Origin: Pyrobaculum calidifontis JCM 11548
GTDB taxonomy: Archaea; Thermoproteota; Thermoprotei; Thermoproteales; Thermoproteaceae
DNA length: 32,000 bases
Assembly: GCF_000015805.1 (NCBI RefSeq)
Contig: NC_009073.1
Span: forward strand, 120,001-152,000
Reading direction: 5' to 3'
Shown: one piece after another, positions 25,355 to 32,000 of the stretch
Layout of the letters: each line of letters begins with the position of its first letter
Numbering within the stretch: the first letter of the stretch is position 1
Notes under the pieces: model-generated
What the model saw: only the letters and a program-made list of their open reading frames with translations
Database searches by the model: none
Told to the model about the DNA's origin: nothing
Made by a program: the position numbers and the translations under genes

Positions 25355-27193
25355 CTATTTGACTGGCGGAATTGGCACCGGGTAGTATGGATATGTGGGC
25401 GTCGTTTCAGCCTTTTTAGGCGGCGGGGCTATTGGCCGCGGCTCCACCAGCCACTCCACCAAGTTGGAGAAGAACTTCTTGTTGTCGCCTAGCTGGATGA
25501 AGTACGGCGTGAAAGACCTCACAGAGCCCACGTATGTGAAATTGCCCACGGCGAAGGCCACTGTGTAGTTGCCAGGCCCGTATCCCCGCACGGCGCCGCG
25601 GACGTCTACTCTATACTGGGCCCGCGTAAAGGCCGGCGTTGCGCCAAAGAGGACTAGGCGGCGCACTCCTCTAAACAGAGTGGAGTTGGGGAAGTCTGTG
25701 ACATGGAGGAACTGCCAGTTCTCCGTAAAGGTCTTGGCCCCCGCGGCCGTGTCGTTGTAGACGGCTCTGTGGACCACCGTGGCGTTGAAGTATGCGAGCA
25801 GGTTGTGCACGTAGAGGGGCGCGTTGTACGACGTGAACACTATGATGAACCCGTAGGAGAGAAAGACGGGGCTCTTCACGTCGACCATGTAGAGCACTCT
25901 GACGCCTCTCCTAGTGGCGTTGACCACCGCCGAGAGGGCCTCCTCGCTGAAGGGTTGCGTGGGGTTTACCACTATTAGCCCAGTGGCGTTGTCGAGGAGC
26001 TTCACTAGCTCAGACTCGCTGTTGGCCACCCTAATCCCGTAACCCCTTGGCACAAGCTCGGCCGCCAAGGGCTCCAGCAAGGGGAGCGGCACCGCGTTGC
26101 CGTGAGACATGTCGAGGACGACGTAGGGCGCCCCGCGCCTCTCCTCCACCGCCACCTGCACCGGCGGCACTGTGGCGTTGGGGAAGCCGTCGAACTGCAC
26201 GGCGCCTGGGTAGATGTAGAAGATGGGCTCCGGGCTCAGCCTCAGAAGCGTCTTGGCGTCTATTTTGCCGCCCAGCAGGGGTATGACTATGCCGGTGTAC
26301 CTCGTTGCGTTGTGCCTCTCATATATGTCCACCACTGTGTAGTTCTTCAGCCCCAGCTCCTTGGCCATGTCCCTCACCGCGTCCCACAGACCGCCTATGG
26401 CGTCTATTAGCCCAATCCTCAGCGCCTCGTCAGCTCTAAATATCTCGGCGGTCTCAACCGCCTTCAAATCCTTGAGCCTGTCCCCCCTCCCCTTGAGCAC
26501 GGCGTTGACGAAGTTCTCCCTAGTCTTCTCCACGTCGTCGTACAGCGCCAGGAGGTCTTTGCCGTAGTACTTCCACGGGCCTGTGGTATAAATCCAGTCG
26601 GGCACCTCGGCGAGGTAGTCCTCGGGCGCTATAAGGGCAATTACGCCGACGCTTCCCACCCAGCTGGAGGGCGTGGCGTATATCTTCTCAGCCGCCACCG
26701 CCGTATAGTAGGCCCCCGAGGCGCCCAGCCCAGCGATCACCGCGTACTTAGTCTTATTCAACCCGGCGATGGTGCTGTAGAGGCGCTCAGTGGCCCCCAC
26801 GGCGCCGCCAGGCGAGTTTATCAGAAGCACGACGCCGGCCACTCTGTCGTCGAATTCAAGCCTCTTCACGTACTTGACAAGGAAGTCTACCTCATAGTCG
26901 TAAATCGCAAAATCCACGGGCACTACCACGATCTCCTTCTCAGCCGCCTTCTTGGCCTCAAGCTTAGACACACGCTCCTCAAGCCCCCTCGTCGCGTTGA
27001 GGAGCTTATCCACAGAGGCCGATATGTTTGCAACTCTCTTCTCAAGGGAGTTTAAATTAGTGGCTACATCCTTGCCCAGCTTGCCGACTTCGGCCTTAAC
27101 TTCGCCTAGGGAGACTTGTAGCGAGAACCAGCCGACCAACGCCGCCGCAGCTAGTACGAGCGCCAGGAGAGATACCGCCCACAAAGCCCTCAT
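25355..27193 (-). CDS. membrane-anchored signal peptide peptidase SppA (S49) fused to a DUF4350-like domain with a Pro-rich tail
   Basis: 612 aa. Domains in order: an N-terminal TM helix; a coiled-coil-like segment; and an S49 core (LLINSPGG, GLGASGAYY with the candidate Ser nucleophile, GPWKYYGK with the candidate Lys). The C-terminal half (VVLDMSHGN...GLIVVNPTQPFSEEAL...GDNKKFFSNLVEWL) resembles DUF4350. The tail reads PRPIAPPPKKAETTPTYPYYPVPIPPVK. There are 12 N-x-S/T sequons. Confidence 0.8.
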   Translation of the reverse strand: MRALWAVSLLALVLAAAALVGWFSLQVSLGEVKAEVGKLGKDVATNLNSLEKRVANISASVDKLLNATRGLEERVSKLEAKKAAEKEIVVVPVDFAIYDYEVDFLVKYVKRLEFDDRVAGVVLLINSPGGAVGATERLYSTIAGLNKTKYAVIAGLGASGAYYTAVAAEKIYATPSSWVGSVGVIALIAPEDYLAEVPDWIYTTGPWKYYGKDLLALYDDVEKTRENFVNAVLKGRGDRLKDLKAVETAEIFRADEALRIGLIDAIGGLWDAVRDMAKELGLKNYTVVDIYERHNATRYTGIVIPLLGGKIDAKTLLRLSPEPIFYIYPGAVQFDGFPNATVPPVQVAVEERRGAPYVVLDMSHGNAVPLPLLEPLAAELVPRGYGIRVANSESELVKLLDNATGLIVVNPTQPFSEEALSAVVNATRRGVRVLYMVDVKSPVFLSYGFIIVFTSYNAPLYVHNLLAYFNATVVHRAVYNDTAAGAKTFTENWQFLHVTDFPNSTLFRGVRRLVLFGATPAFTRAQYRVDVRGAVRGYGPGNYTVAFAVGNFTYVGSVRSFTPYFIQLGDNKKFFSNLVEWLVEPRPIAPPPKKAETTPTYPYYPVPIPPVK

Positions 27194-27210
27194 GTACCTC
27201 AGAAAACATG

Positions 27211-27220
27211 TGTATTAAAG
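27211..27220 (-). promoter_or_regulatory. TATA-like box for the SppA-like gene
   Basis: Minus strand reads CTTTAATACA, centred about 23 nt upstream of ATG 27193. Confidence 0.4.
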
Positions 27221-27312
27221 CTTGTCGCCCCTAGTCTGCTATTTCTCGATCAAGTGTAGGCTCCTCAGTATTGCGCTTAGCAGATTATGTTCAAAATTTA
27301 TACAAGCACTGT

Positions 27313-27444
27313 TTGTCGAAATTCACAACACAAGTAGTCAAGACTTTCTCACTATCCCCTTCCTCGCTCGGCGCCTCTGGCTTTCCAGTGGTCTCTAGCC
27401 AGTGTAACCAATCGGCGGTGCGAGGCGCTAGAAATTTTCGACAA
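27313..27444. other. nested inverted-repeat element (candidate structured RNA or MITE-like relic), strand unresolved
   Basis: Three nested complementary pairs. The outer is TTGTCGAAA 27313-27321 with TTTCGACAA 27436-27444 (9 bp). The middle is GCGCCTC 27371-27377 with GAGGCGC 27422-27428 (7 bp). The inner is TGGCT 27378-27382 with AGCCA 27397-27401 (5 bp). Confidence 0.3.
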
Positions 27445-27597
27445 GGGTTTGACGTTCAAGGCCGTCTTGCCATCACAGATGTTGTGGTGCGGGATCTTGG
27501 GACTATGTCTGGTTTATGATAACCTACACACGCTATAGTCGCGCGACTCCTACTGTGAAAAGAGGTGGTTACCATTTGAGCGTGTGGAGGGGCAGGG

Positions 27598-28722
27598 TCA
27601 GCGTTCTTCTATTGGCACGTATTTCAGCCCTATGGGGCCTGTGTACTTCTCGGTGGGGCGTATCAGCCTGTTCTTCCTCCTGTACTCCACGACGTGTGCC
27701 ACCCAGCCGGCTACTCTGGATATGGCGAAGGTGGGGAGGTTTATGTCCACGGGGAGGCCTAGGTATTTGAATATCACCGCGGCGTAGAGGTCTGTGTTGG
27801 GGTATATGCCCTTGGCGGCGAGCTTTGCCGTGACGTACTCCTCAAGTCTCTGGGCAATGGCGTAGTACTTGGTGTCTCCCTTGGCGTAGGCTAGCTCCTT
27901 GGCGAGTCTTCGCAATACCCTCAGCCGCGGGTCGGGCCCCCTCTTGTACAGCCTGTGGCCGAAGCCGGGTATCCTCCTCCCGGCGGCCAGCGCGGCGTCT
28001 ACCCACTTCTCCACGTTCCCCTCGTCGCCTATCTCCTCTATCATGAGGGCCGCATCCACGTTGGCTCCCCCGTGTAGTGGGCCTTTGAGGCTGGCGATGG
28101 CGGCTGTCACAGCGGCGTACATGTCGGAGAGAGTGGAGGCCACTGTGACTGCGGTGAAGGCGCTGTTGTTCATGCTGTGCTCGGCGTATATTATCAACAT
28201 GACGTCCATCGCCCTCGCCTCTAGGGGGGAGACGTCGCTACCCCTTAGGGCCTTTAGGAAGTACTCCGCGTGGCTGTCGGCGTCTGGCGAAAGGGGCTGT
28301 TGGCCTGTCCTAATTCTGTGCCACGCCGCAACTATGTACGGCATCGCCGCCATAATCCGCACCCCCCTCGCGAGCTCGGCCTCGGGGGATCTGTCCCTGA
28401 GATCTTCCCCGTGTGCCATGGCCGACACCCCAGTCCTCAACACGTCTATGGGCTCCGCCGACTTGGGCAAGTGCTGGAGTACGGCGGTGACGTGCTGAGG
28501 CGGCGCTCTGTTGCCCCTCAGCACGGCCTTGAACTGCTCAAGCCCGCCGCGGGTGGGGAGTTTTCCATAGAGCAGTAGGTACGCCGTCTCCTCAAAGGTG
28601 GACCTCTCGGCGAGTTCCTCCAAGTCGTAGCCCCTGTAGTATATCTTCGAGTTCTCCAAGTCGATGTGGCAGATCTCAGTCTCTTTTACCACCACCCCCT
28701 CCAGCCCTGGGAAGTAGGCCAT
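27598..28722 (-). CDS. gltA: citrate synthase family protein (citrate or 2-methylcitrate synthase)
   Basis: 374 aa. Motifs: LKGPLHGGAN, GFGHRLYK and the C-terminal RPTEKYTGP region. The start lies 1 nt after the acs stop. Confidence 0.88.
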   Translation of the reverse strand: MAYFPGLEGVVVKETEICHIDLENSKIYYRGYDLEELAERSTFEETAYLLLYGKLPTRGGLEQFKAVLRGNRAPPQHVTAVLQHLPKSAEPIDVLRTGVSAMAHGEDLRDRSPEAELARGVRIMAAMPYIVAAWHRIRTGQQPLSPDADSHAEYFLKALRGSDVSPLEARAMDVMLIIYAEHSMNNSAFTAVTVASTLSDMYAAVTAAIASLKGPLHGGANVDAALMIEEIGDEGNVEKWVDAALAAGRRIPGFGHRLYKRGPDPRLRVLRRLAKELAYAKGDTKYYAIAQRLEEYVTAKLAAKGIYPNTDLYAAVIFKYLGLPVDINLPTFAISRVAGWVAHVVEYRRKNRLIRPTEKYTGPIGLKYVPIEER

Positions 28723-28723
28723 G

Positions 28724-30673
28724 CTACTCCCTGCTCGTCTCGGCTAATATTTTCATCCTTGACACCGCCTCTTTTACCTCTTCCACAGACGCCTCCTCCT
28801 CTATGGTGGATATGTCGCCTATGGGCTCGCCGGTCCACACCCTCTTAAGCACTCTCCTCATGATTTTGCCAGACCGCGTCTTGGGCAACATGTTGACGAA
28901 CTCTACCCCAGCGAAGACGGCTATTGGGCCAAAGGTCCTCCGCACGTGTTCTATCAACTCTCTCTTGAGCTCCTCTGTGGGGCGCCAGCCCGGCTTTAGC
29001 ACCACAAAGGCGGCGATGGCCTCCCCCCTCAGGGGGTCGGGCACGCCCACCACAGCCGCCTCAGCCACCGCGGGGTGTGTCAAGAGGGCCGACTCAACCT
29101 CTATAGTGCCTATGCGGTGCCCCGCGATTTTTATAACCTCGTCTGCTCTCCCGCCAAACCATATGTAGCCCTCCTCGTCCACATGCGCCGCGTCGCCGGT
29201 GTAGTAGACCAGCCTTCCCTCGAACCTCTGCCAGTAGTCCTTTAGATACCTCTCGTGGTCCTTCCACAGAGTGGGCGTGAGCCCCGGGAAGGGGCGCTTT
29301 ATTACCACAATCCCCTTATGCATCGGCGGTAGCGGATTGCCCTTCTCGTCCACTATCTCGAACTCCACACCGGGGAGGGGTTGCCCCGCGGAGCCGGGCT
29401 TAATTTTCACATACTCCATGCCGTATCCCATATCTTTTACAAGGGCGTATGGGTACCCGAAGATGGGCCCCCCAGTCTCGGTCTGCCACATGTGGTCAAT
29501 CACGGGCACCCTCCTCTGGAAGACGTCCTCGTACAGCCACCGCCACACCTCCGGGTTCAATACCTCCCCCGCGGTCACGACTCGCCTCACGCTGCTCAAG
29601 TCGTGCTTCCTTGCCTGCTCTACTCCGAGCCGCATCAAAAGCCTAGCTGCCGTGGGAGACGTCCAGATGAGAGTGGGCCGGTACTTCTCCACCACTTCCC
29701 AGAACACGTCGGGCCGCGGGTAGTCTATTGCCCCGTCGAAGAGTATAGACGTGGCGCCGATTATCAGCGGGGCGAAGACTATGTAGCTCTGCCCCACAAT
29801 CCACCCAATGTCCGACGTGTTGAAGACCACGTCCCCCGGCTCTAGCCCATAGACGAGCTTTGCGCCGTGCCAAATCCACACTTGGTACCCCCCGTGCACG
29901 TGCACCACAGGCTTCGGCTTAGCGGTGGTGCCAGACGTAGGCATTATGAAGAGGGGTTCGTTGGCCTCGAGAAACACGGGGCTACAGTCCGTGTACTTGC
30001 CCAACTCGAGAAACTCGTCGAGAGTCAAATCTCTGCCCTTCTCCATGGCCACCTCCGCCTCGGGAAGCGCCCTCTTTACCACCACCTTCTCGGGCCGCCA
30101 CGGCGAAATCTTCAAAGCCTCGTCAATGTTCTCCTTCAGCGGCACCCTACGCCCACGCCTAAGCGAATAGTCCTGGGTAAATATTATCTTAGGCTCGGTG
30201 AGCTCTATCCTGTCGGCCACAGCCTTGGGCGAAAAGCCCGCGAAGACCGTCGTAGAAATCGCGCCTATTCTCGCCGCCGCCAGTATAACCGCCACCGCCT
30301 CGATAGAGTTCGGCATGTACACCATCACTCTATCCCCCTTCCTCACGCCAGCGGCCCTTAGAGCCGCGGCGTAGTCGCAGACGAGCTGGTAGAGCTCCCA
30401 GTAGGTTATTTTTCTCTCTACGCCGAGCTCTGGGCTGTAGTAGATGTAGGCGGGCTTGTCGCGGTACTTCCTAATCTTGTAAGACACGGCGCTGAAGCCC
30501 GCGTTTGTGTACCCGCCCACAAACCACTTAAACGGCTTAGGCGGCTCCCACTCAAAAATTTTGTCAGGCCACTTAGCCCAGTATATGTCCTCGGCCGAGG
30601 CCTCCAACACCCGCCGCCAGTAGGTCTCTGGGTCTTTCAGCGACAGCTCGTAGTTAGGGAAGAAGCTTCTCAT
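28724..30673 (-). CDS. acs: AMP-forming acetyl-CoA synthetase (acyl-CoA synthetase, Acs/PrpE type)
   Basis: 649 aa. Motifs: TSGTTAKPKPV, YYTGD, GRADEVIKIAGHRIG and PKTRSGKIMRRVLKRV...GDISTIEE. Confidence 0.9.
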   Translation of the reverse strand: MRSFFPNYELSLKDPETYWRRVLEASAEDIYWAKWPDKIFEWEPPKPFKWFVGGYTNAGFSAVSYKIRKYRDKPAYIYYSPELGVERKITYWELYQLVCDYAAALRAAGVRKGDRVMVYMPNSIEAVAVILAAARIGAISTTVFAGFSPKAVADRIELTEPKIIFTQDYSLRRGRRVPLKENIDEALKISPWRPEKVVVKRALPEAEVAMEKGRDLTLDEFLELGKYTDCSPVFLEANEPLFIMPTSGTTAKPKPVVHVHGGYQVWIWHGAKLVYGLEPGDVVFNTSDIGWIVGQSYIVFAPLIIGATSILFDGAIDYPRPDVFWEVVEKYRPTLIWTSPTAARLLMRLGVEQARKHDLSSVRRVVTAGEVLNPEVWRWLYEDVFQRRVPVIDHMWQTETGGPIFGYPYALVKDMGYGMEYVKIKPGSAGQPLPGVEFEIVDEKGNPLPPMHKGIVVIKRPFPGLTPTLWKDHERYLKDYWQRFEGRLVYYTGDAAHVDEEGYIWFGGRADEVIKIAGHRIGTIEVESALLTHPAVAEAAVVGVPDPLRGEAIAAFVVLKPGWRPTEELKRELIEHVRRTFGPIAVFAGVEFVNMLPKTRSGKIMRRVLKRVWTGEPIGDISTIEEEASVEEVKEAVSRMKILAETSRE

Positions 30674-30693
30674 AGCGGTACTATCATCATCTG

Positions 30694-30699
30694 TTATAA
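30694..30699 (-). promoter_or_regulatory. TATA-like box for acs
   Basis: TTATAA centred about 23 nt upstream of ATG 30673. Confidence 0.4.
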
Positions 30700-30724
30700 G
30701 TATTGTCGTTCATTATATATAATT

Positions 30725-30768
30725 AAAAACTGTTAGAAGCAAAGTACAAAAGCAGAACAGATGAAAAA
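30725..30768 (-). terminator. oligo-T tracts downstream of the SixA-like gene
   Basis: The minus strand shows T5 (30764-30768), T4 (30748-30751) and T5 (30725-30729) within 65 nt after the stop at 30788. Confidence 0.45.
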
Positions 30769-30787
30769 GTGTATGTTAGATATCTCA

Positions 30788-31234
30788 CTAGGGCAAAATG
30801 TCAGGCGTAAGAAGCCACTTGACTACCCACTTCGGCGTACGCGTCAGCGCGACTACGCCGGAGTATCTAAACTCGACTATGGGCACCTCTGTGTTGCCAA
30901 CCACGAGGAGCGACGCCAGGCGGGAGAGGTGGGGCAGATGGCCGACGATCATCACTTCGTCGAGGGTGCTAAGCCTCTCGGCCCAAATGGCAGGGTCGTC
31001 GTTTGGATTTAGCCCGTCTTTCTCCTCTGCCCTCGCCCCCAGTACTTGGGCGAAGATTTCCGCAGTCTGCCGAGCTCTCTTTTTCCCGCTGTGATACACA
31101 ACGGCCACTTTCACCCCCACCTTCGCCAAATGCGTTGCCACCCGCCTGCTCTCTTCAATGCCCTCCGGCGTCAAGCTACGCTCTGGGTCAACTCTCTCGT
31201 CGAAGGCTTTGCCGTGTTGAACTAGGTATATCAT
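30788..31234 (-). CDS. SixA-like histidine phosphatase superfamily protein (RHG motif reads QHG)
   Basis: 148 aa from ATG 31234 (the track start is TTG 31240). MIYLVQHGKAF, SLTPEGIEES, KRARQTAE and VGHLPHL line up with E. coli SixA blocks as I remember them. Confidence 0.75.
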   Translation of the reverse strand: MIYLVQHGKAFDERVDPERSLTPEGIEESRRVATHLAKVGVKVAVVYHSGKKRARQTAEIFAQVLGARAEEKDGLNPNDDPAIWAERLSTLDEVMIVGHLPHLSRLASLLVVGNTEVPIVEFRYSGVVALTRTPKWVVKWLLTPDILP

Positions 31235-31255
31235 GAACAAGGGGGTGTGTGCTAG

Positions 31256-31269
31256 TTTAAAGCTTTAAA
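31256..31269. promoter_or_regulatory. perfect 14-nt palindrome carrying two back-to-back TATA boxes
   Basis: TTTAAAGCTTTAAA. The left TTTAAA is about 24 nt from ATG 31234 (minus strand). The right TTTAAA is about 22 nt from GTG 31289 (plus strand). Confidence 0.5.
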
Positions 31270-31288
31270 AGAGGCCGTTGTAACTCAT

Positions 31289-31573
31289 GTGCGCGTCACT
31301 GTAAAAATATTTGGGCCCAAGTACTTTGGTCTGCCGCAGTACGACGTTGTAACACACGTCTTTGATCTCCCAGACGGGGCCACGGTGGGGGACGTGGTAG
31401 ACCTTTTGGAGAAGATGTACCCAGGGCTTAGGGGGAGGATTCTGAGGGGCGAGGAGATAATCCCTATGCACGACATATGGGTCAACGGGCGCTCTATCCA
31501 GTTTCTCCAAGGCCTCGCCACGAGGCTAAAAGACGGCGATGTTGTACAACTGGTGCCCCCCTTCGGCGGCTAG
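31289..31573 (+). CDS. MoaD/ThiS-family ubiquitin-like beta-grasp protein with C-terminal Gly-Gly (SAMP-like)
   Basis: 94 aa with a GTG start. Reads MRVTVKIFGP...GATVGDVVDLLEKMYPGL...VNGRSI...LKDGDVVQLVPPFGG*. It ends in a diglycine immediately before the stop. Confidence 0.75.
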   Translation: MRVTVKIFGPKYFGLPQYDVVTHVFDLPDGATVGDVVDLLEKMYPGLRGRILRGEEIIPMHDIWVNGRSIQFLQGLATRLKDGDVVQLVPPFGG

Positions 31574-32000
31574 GCCGGCGCCCAGCGCACCACTTCGCCC
31601 TCAATCCGCCGCACCTTCCCCATCTCCTCTAGGTAGAGCAGGTGGCTGTACGCCTCTCCCACGGCGAACATTTTATTATACACGTCGAATTGGTCGAAGG
31701 GCCCTGCATCCCAAGTTATCCTCTTGGCCACTTCGTAGGTGGTCATGGGCTCCTTTAAGACCGACAGCACTTCGGCCAAGCGTTCTTCGTGGTGTTGAAT
31801 AAGCTGGTCTACTCTGTCCGCCAGATTTGGGATCTCCTCGCCGTGCGCTGGGAGGCCCCTCGCCTCCAGCCTAGTCTTGCGTAGGCTGGACAAGTACTCC
31901 TTTAGGGGGTTAAAGCCGGGCTTGGGGTACCACGAAATGTTCGGGGTAATCTTGGGCAGTACGTGGTCGCCGGTGAAGACGGCGCCCTGGGACATGTACA
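31570..32000 (-). CDS. MBL-fold metallo-hydrolase, C-terminal part (5' end beyond the window)
   Basis: The frame is open to the window edge. FTGDHVLP and LPAHGEEI are followed by a winged-helix-like tail typical of MBL-fold hydrolases. The N-terminal HxHxDH region is not in the window. Its stop overlaps the SAMP-like stop by 4 nt. Confidence 0.65.
   Translation of the reverse strand, partial: YMSQGAVFTGDHVLPKITPNISWYPKPGFNPLKEYLSSLRKTRLEARGLPAHGEEIPNLADRVDQLIQHHEERLAEVLSVLKEPMTTYEVAKRITWDAGPFDQFDVYNKMFAVGEAYSHLLYLEEMGKVRRIEGEVVRWAPA

Noticed and set aside
27342-27350. The minus strand reads GAGAAAGUC, reminiscent of the RNase P RNA CR-I/P4 sequence (GAGGAAAGUCC). A possible ACAG...GCUUG follows about 45 nt downstream.
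   Set aside because: It has one mismatch to the universal GNAANNUC pattern. The two elements are far too close together for any known RNase P architecture. The region is also AT-rich, whereas structural RNAs of hyperthermophiles are GC-rich.
27271-27519. 82-aa ORF in the long spacer (TTG start).
   Set aside because: It has a non-ATG start with no TATA at leaderless distance, a Ser/Gln-rich composition unlike neighbouring proteins, and no motif. The region is better described by its nested inverted repeats.
30637-30690. C/D box sRNA-like arrangement on the minus strand at the acs 5' end: ATGATGA (30690-30684) followed by CTGA (30640-30637), spanning 54 nt.
   Set aside because: No convincing internal D' or C' boxes are present and there is no terminal complementarity. 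The element begins at the predicted acs transcription start and runs into the coding sequence, so chance occurrence is more likely.
30761-31012. 83-aa plus-strand ORF downstream of the AT-rich 30713-30729 box.
   Set aside because: It is fully antisense to the SixA-like gene, which has clear family blocks, and it has no motif. The AT-rich box is better explained as part of the SixA terminator and acs promoter region.

Overview
This is a high-GC, gene-dense archaeal chromosome segment with about 38 protein-coding genes. I found no rRNA, tRNA, CRISPR array, transposase or recognisable defence gene, but intergenic regions were scanned only by eye. Nearly every first gene of a transcription unit has an AT-rich TATA-like box centred about 21-27 nt upstream of its start codon and no Shine-Dalgarno sequence. 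That leaderless geometry, plus the protein families present, suggests a hyperthermophilic crenarchaeon of the Thermoproteales (Pyrobaculum/Thermoproteus-like). This assignment is an inference, not a database result. I used the TATA spacing to trim several over-long track ORFs. Gene order, left to right:
- moaB coupled to a LOG/TIGR00725-like protein
- CPBP protease
- Gins23-like protein
- tmk
- FAD dehydrogenase
- purA-purB
- a histidine biosynthesis cluster split into units hisH | hisI | hisC-hisG | hisF-hisD-hisE | hisB-hisA
- rtcB
- a small wHTH regulator divergent from a pilin-like protein
- gatD coupled to an HD hydrolase
- ZPR1-type zinc finger protein
- two orphan membrane or secreted proteins
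- isopentenyl phosphate kinase and GGPP synthase, divergent from a DUF92 membrane protein
- a large SppA (S49) fusion protein
- acs and citrate synthase as an operon
- SixA-like phosphatase divergent from a diglycine MoaD/SAMP-like protein
- a partial MBL-fold hydrolase

The his cluster has all nine catalytic functions but no histidinol-phosphate phosphatase. It is interrupted by two GC-poor non-his genes: a B12-binding radical SAM enzyme and a 479-aa membrane-anchored orphan.

The items most worth a second look are:
- the IPK/GGPPS/DUF92 module, a candidate polyprenyl-phosphate kinase system
- the two GC-poor insertions in the his cluster
- the SppA-DUF4350-like fusion
- a 370-nt GC-poor intergenic region with nested inverted repeats
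- single AT elements that appear to serve as shared TATA boxes for divergent leaderless genes

I found no clear-cut novel multi-gene system such as a defence island.
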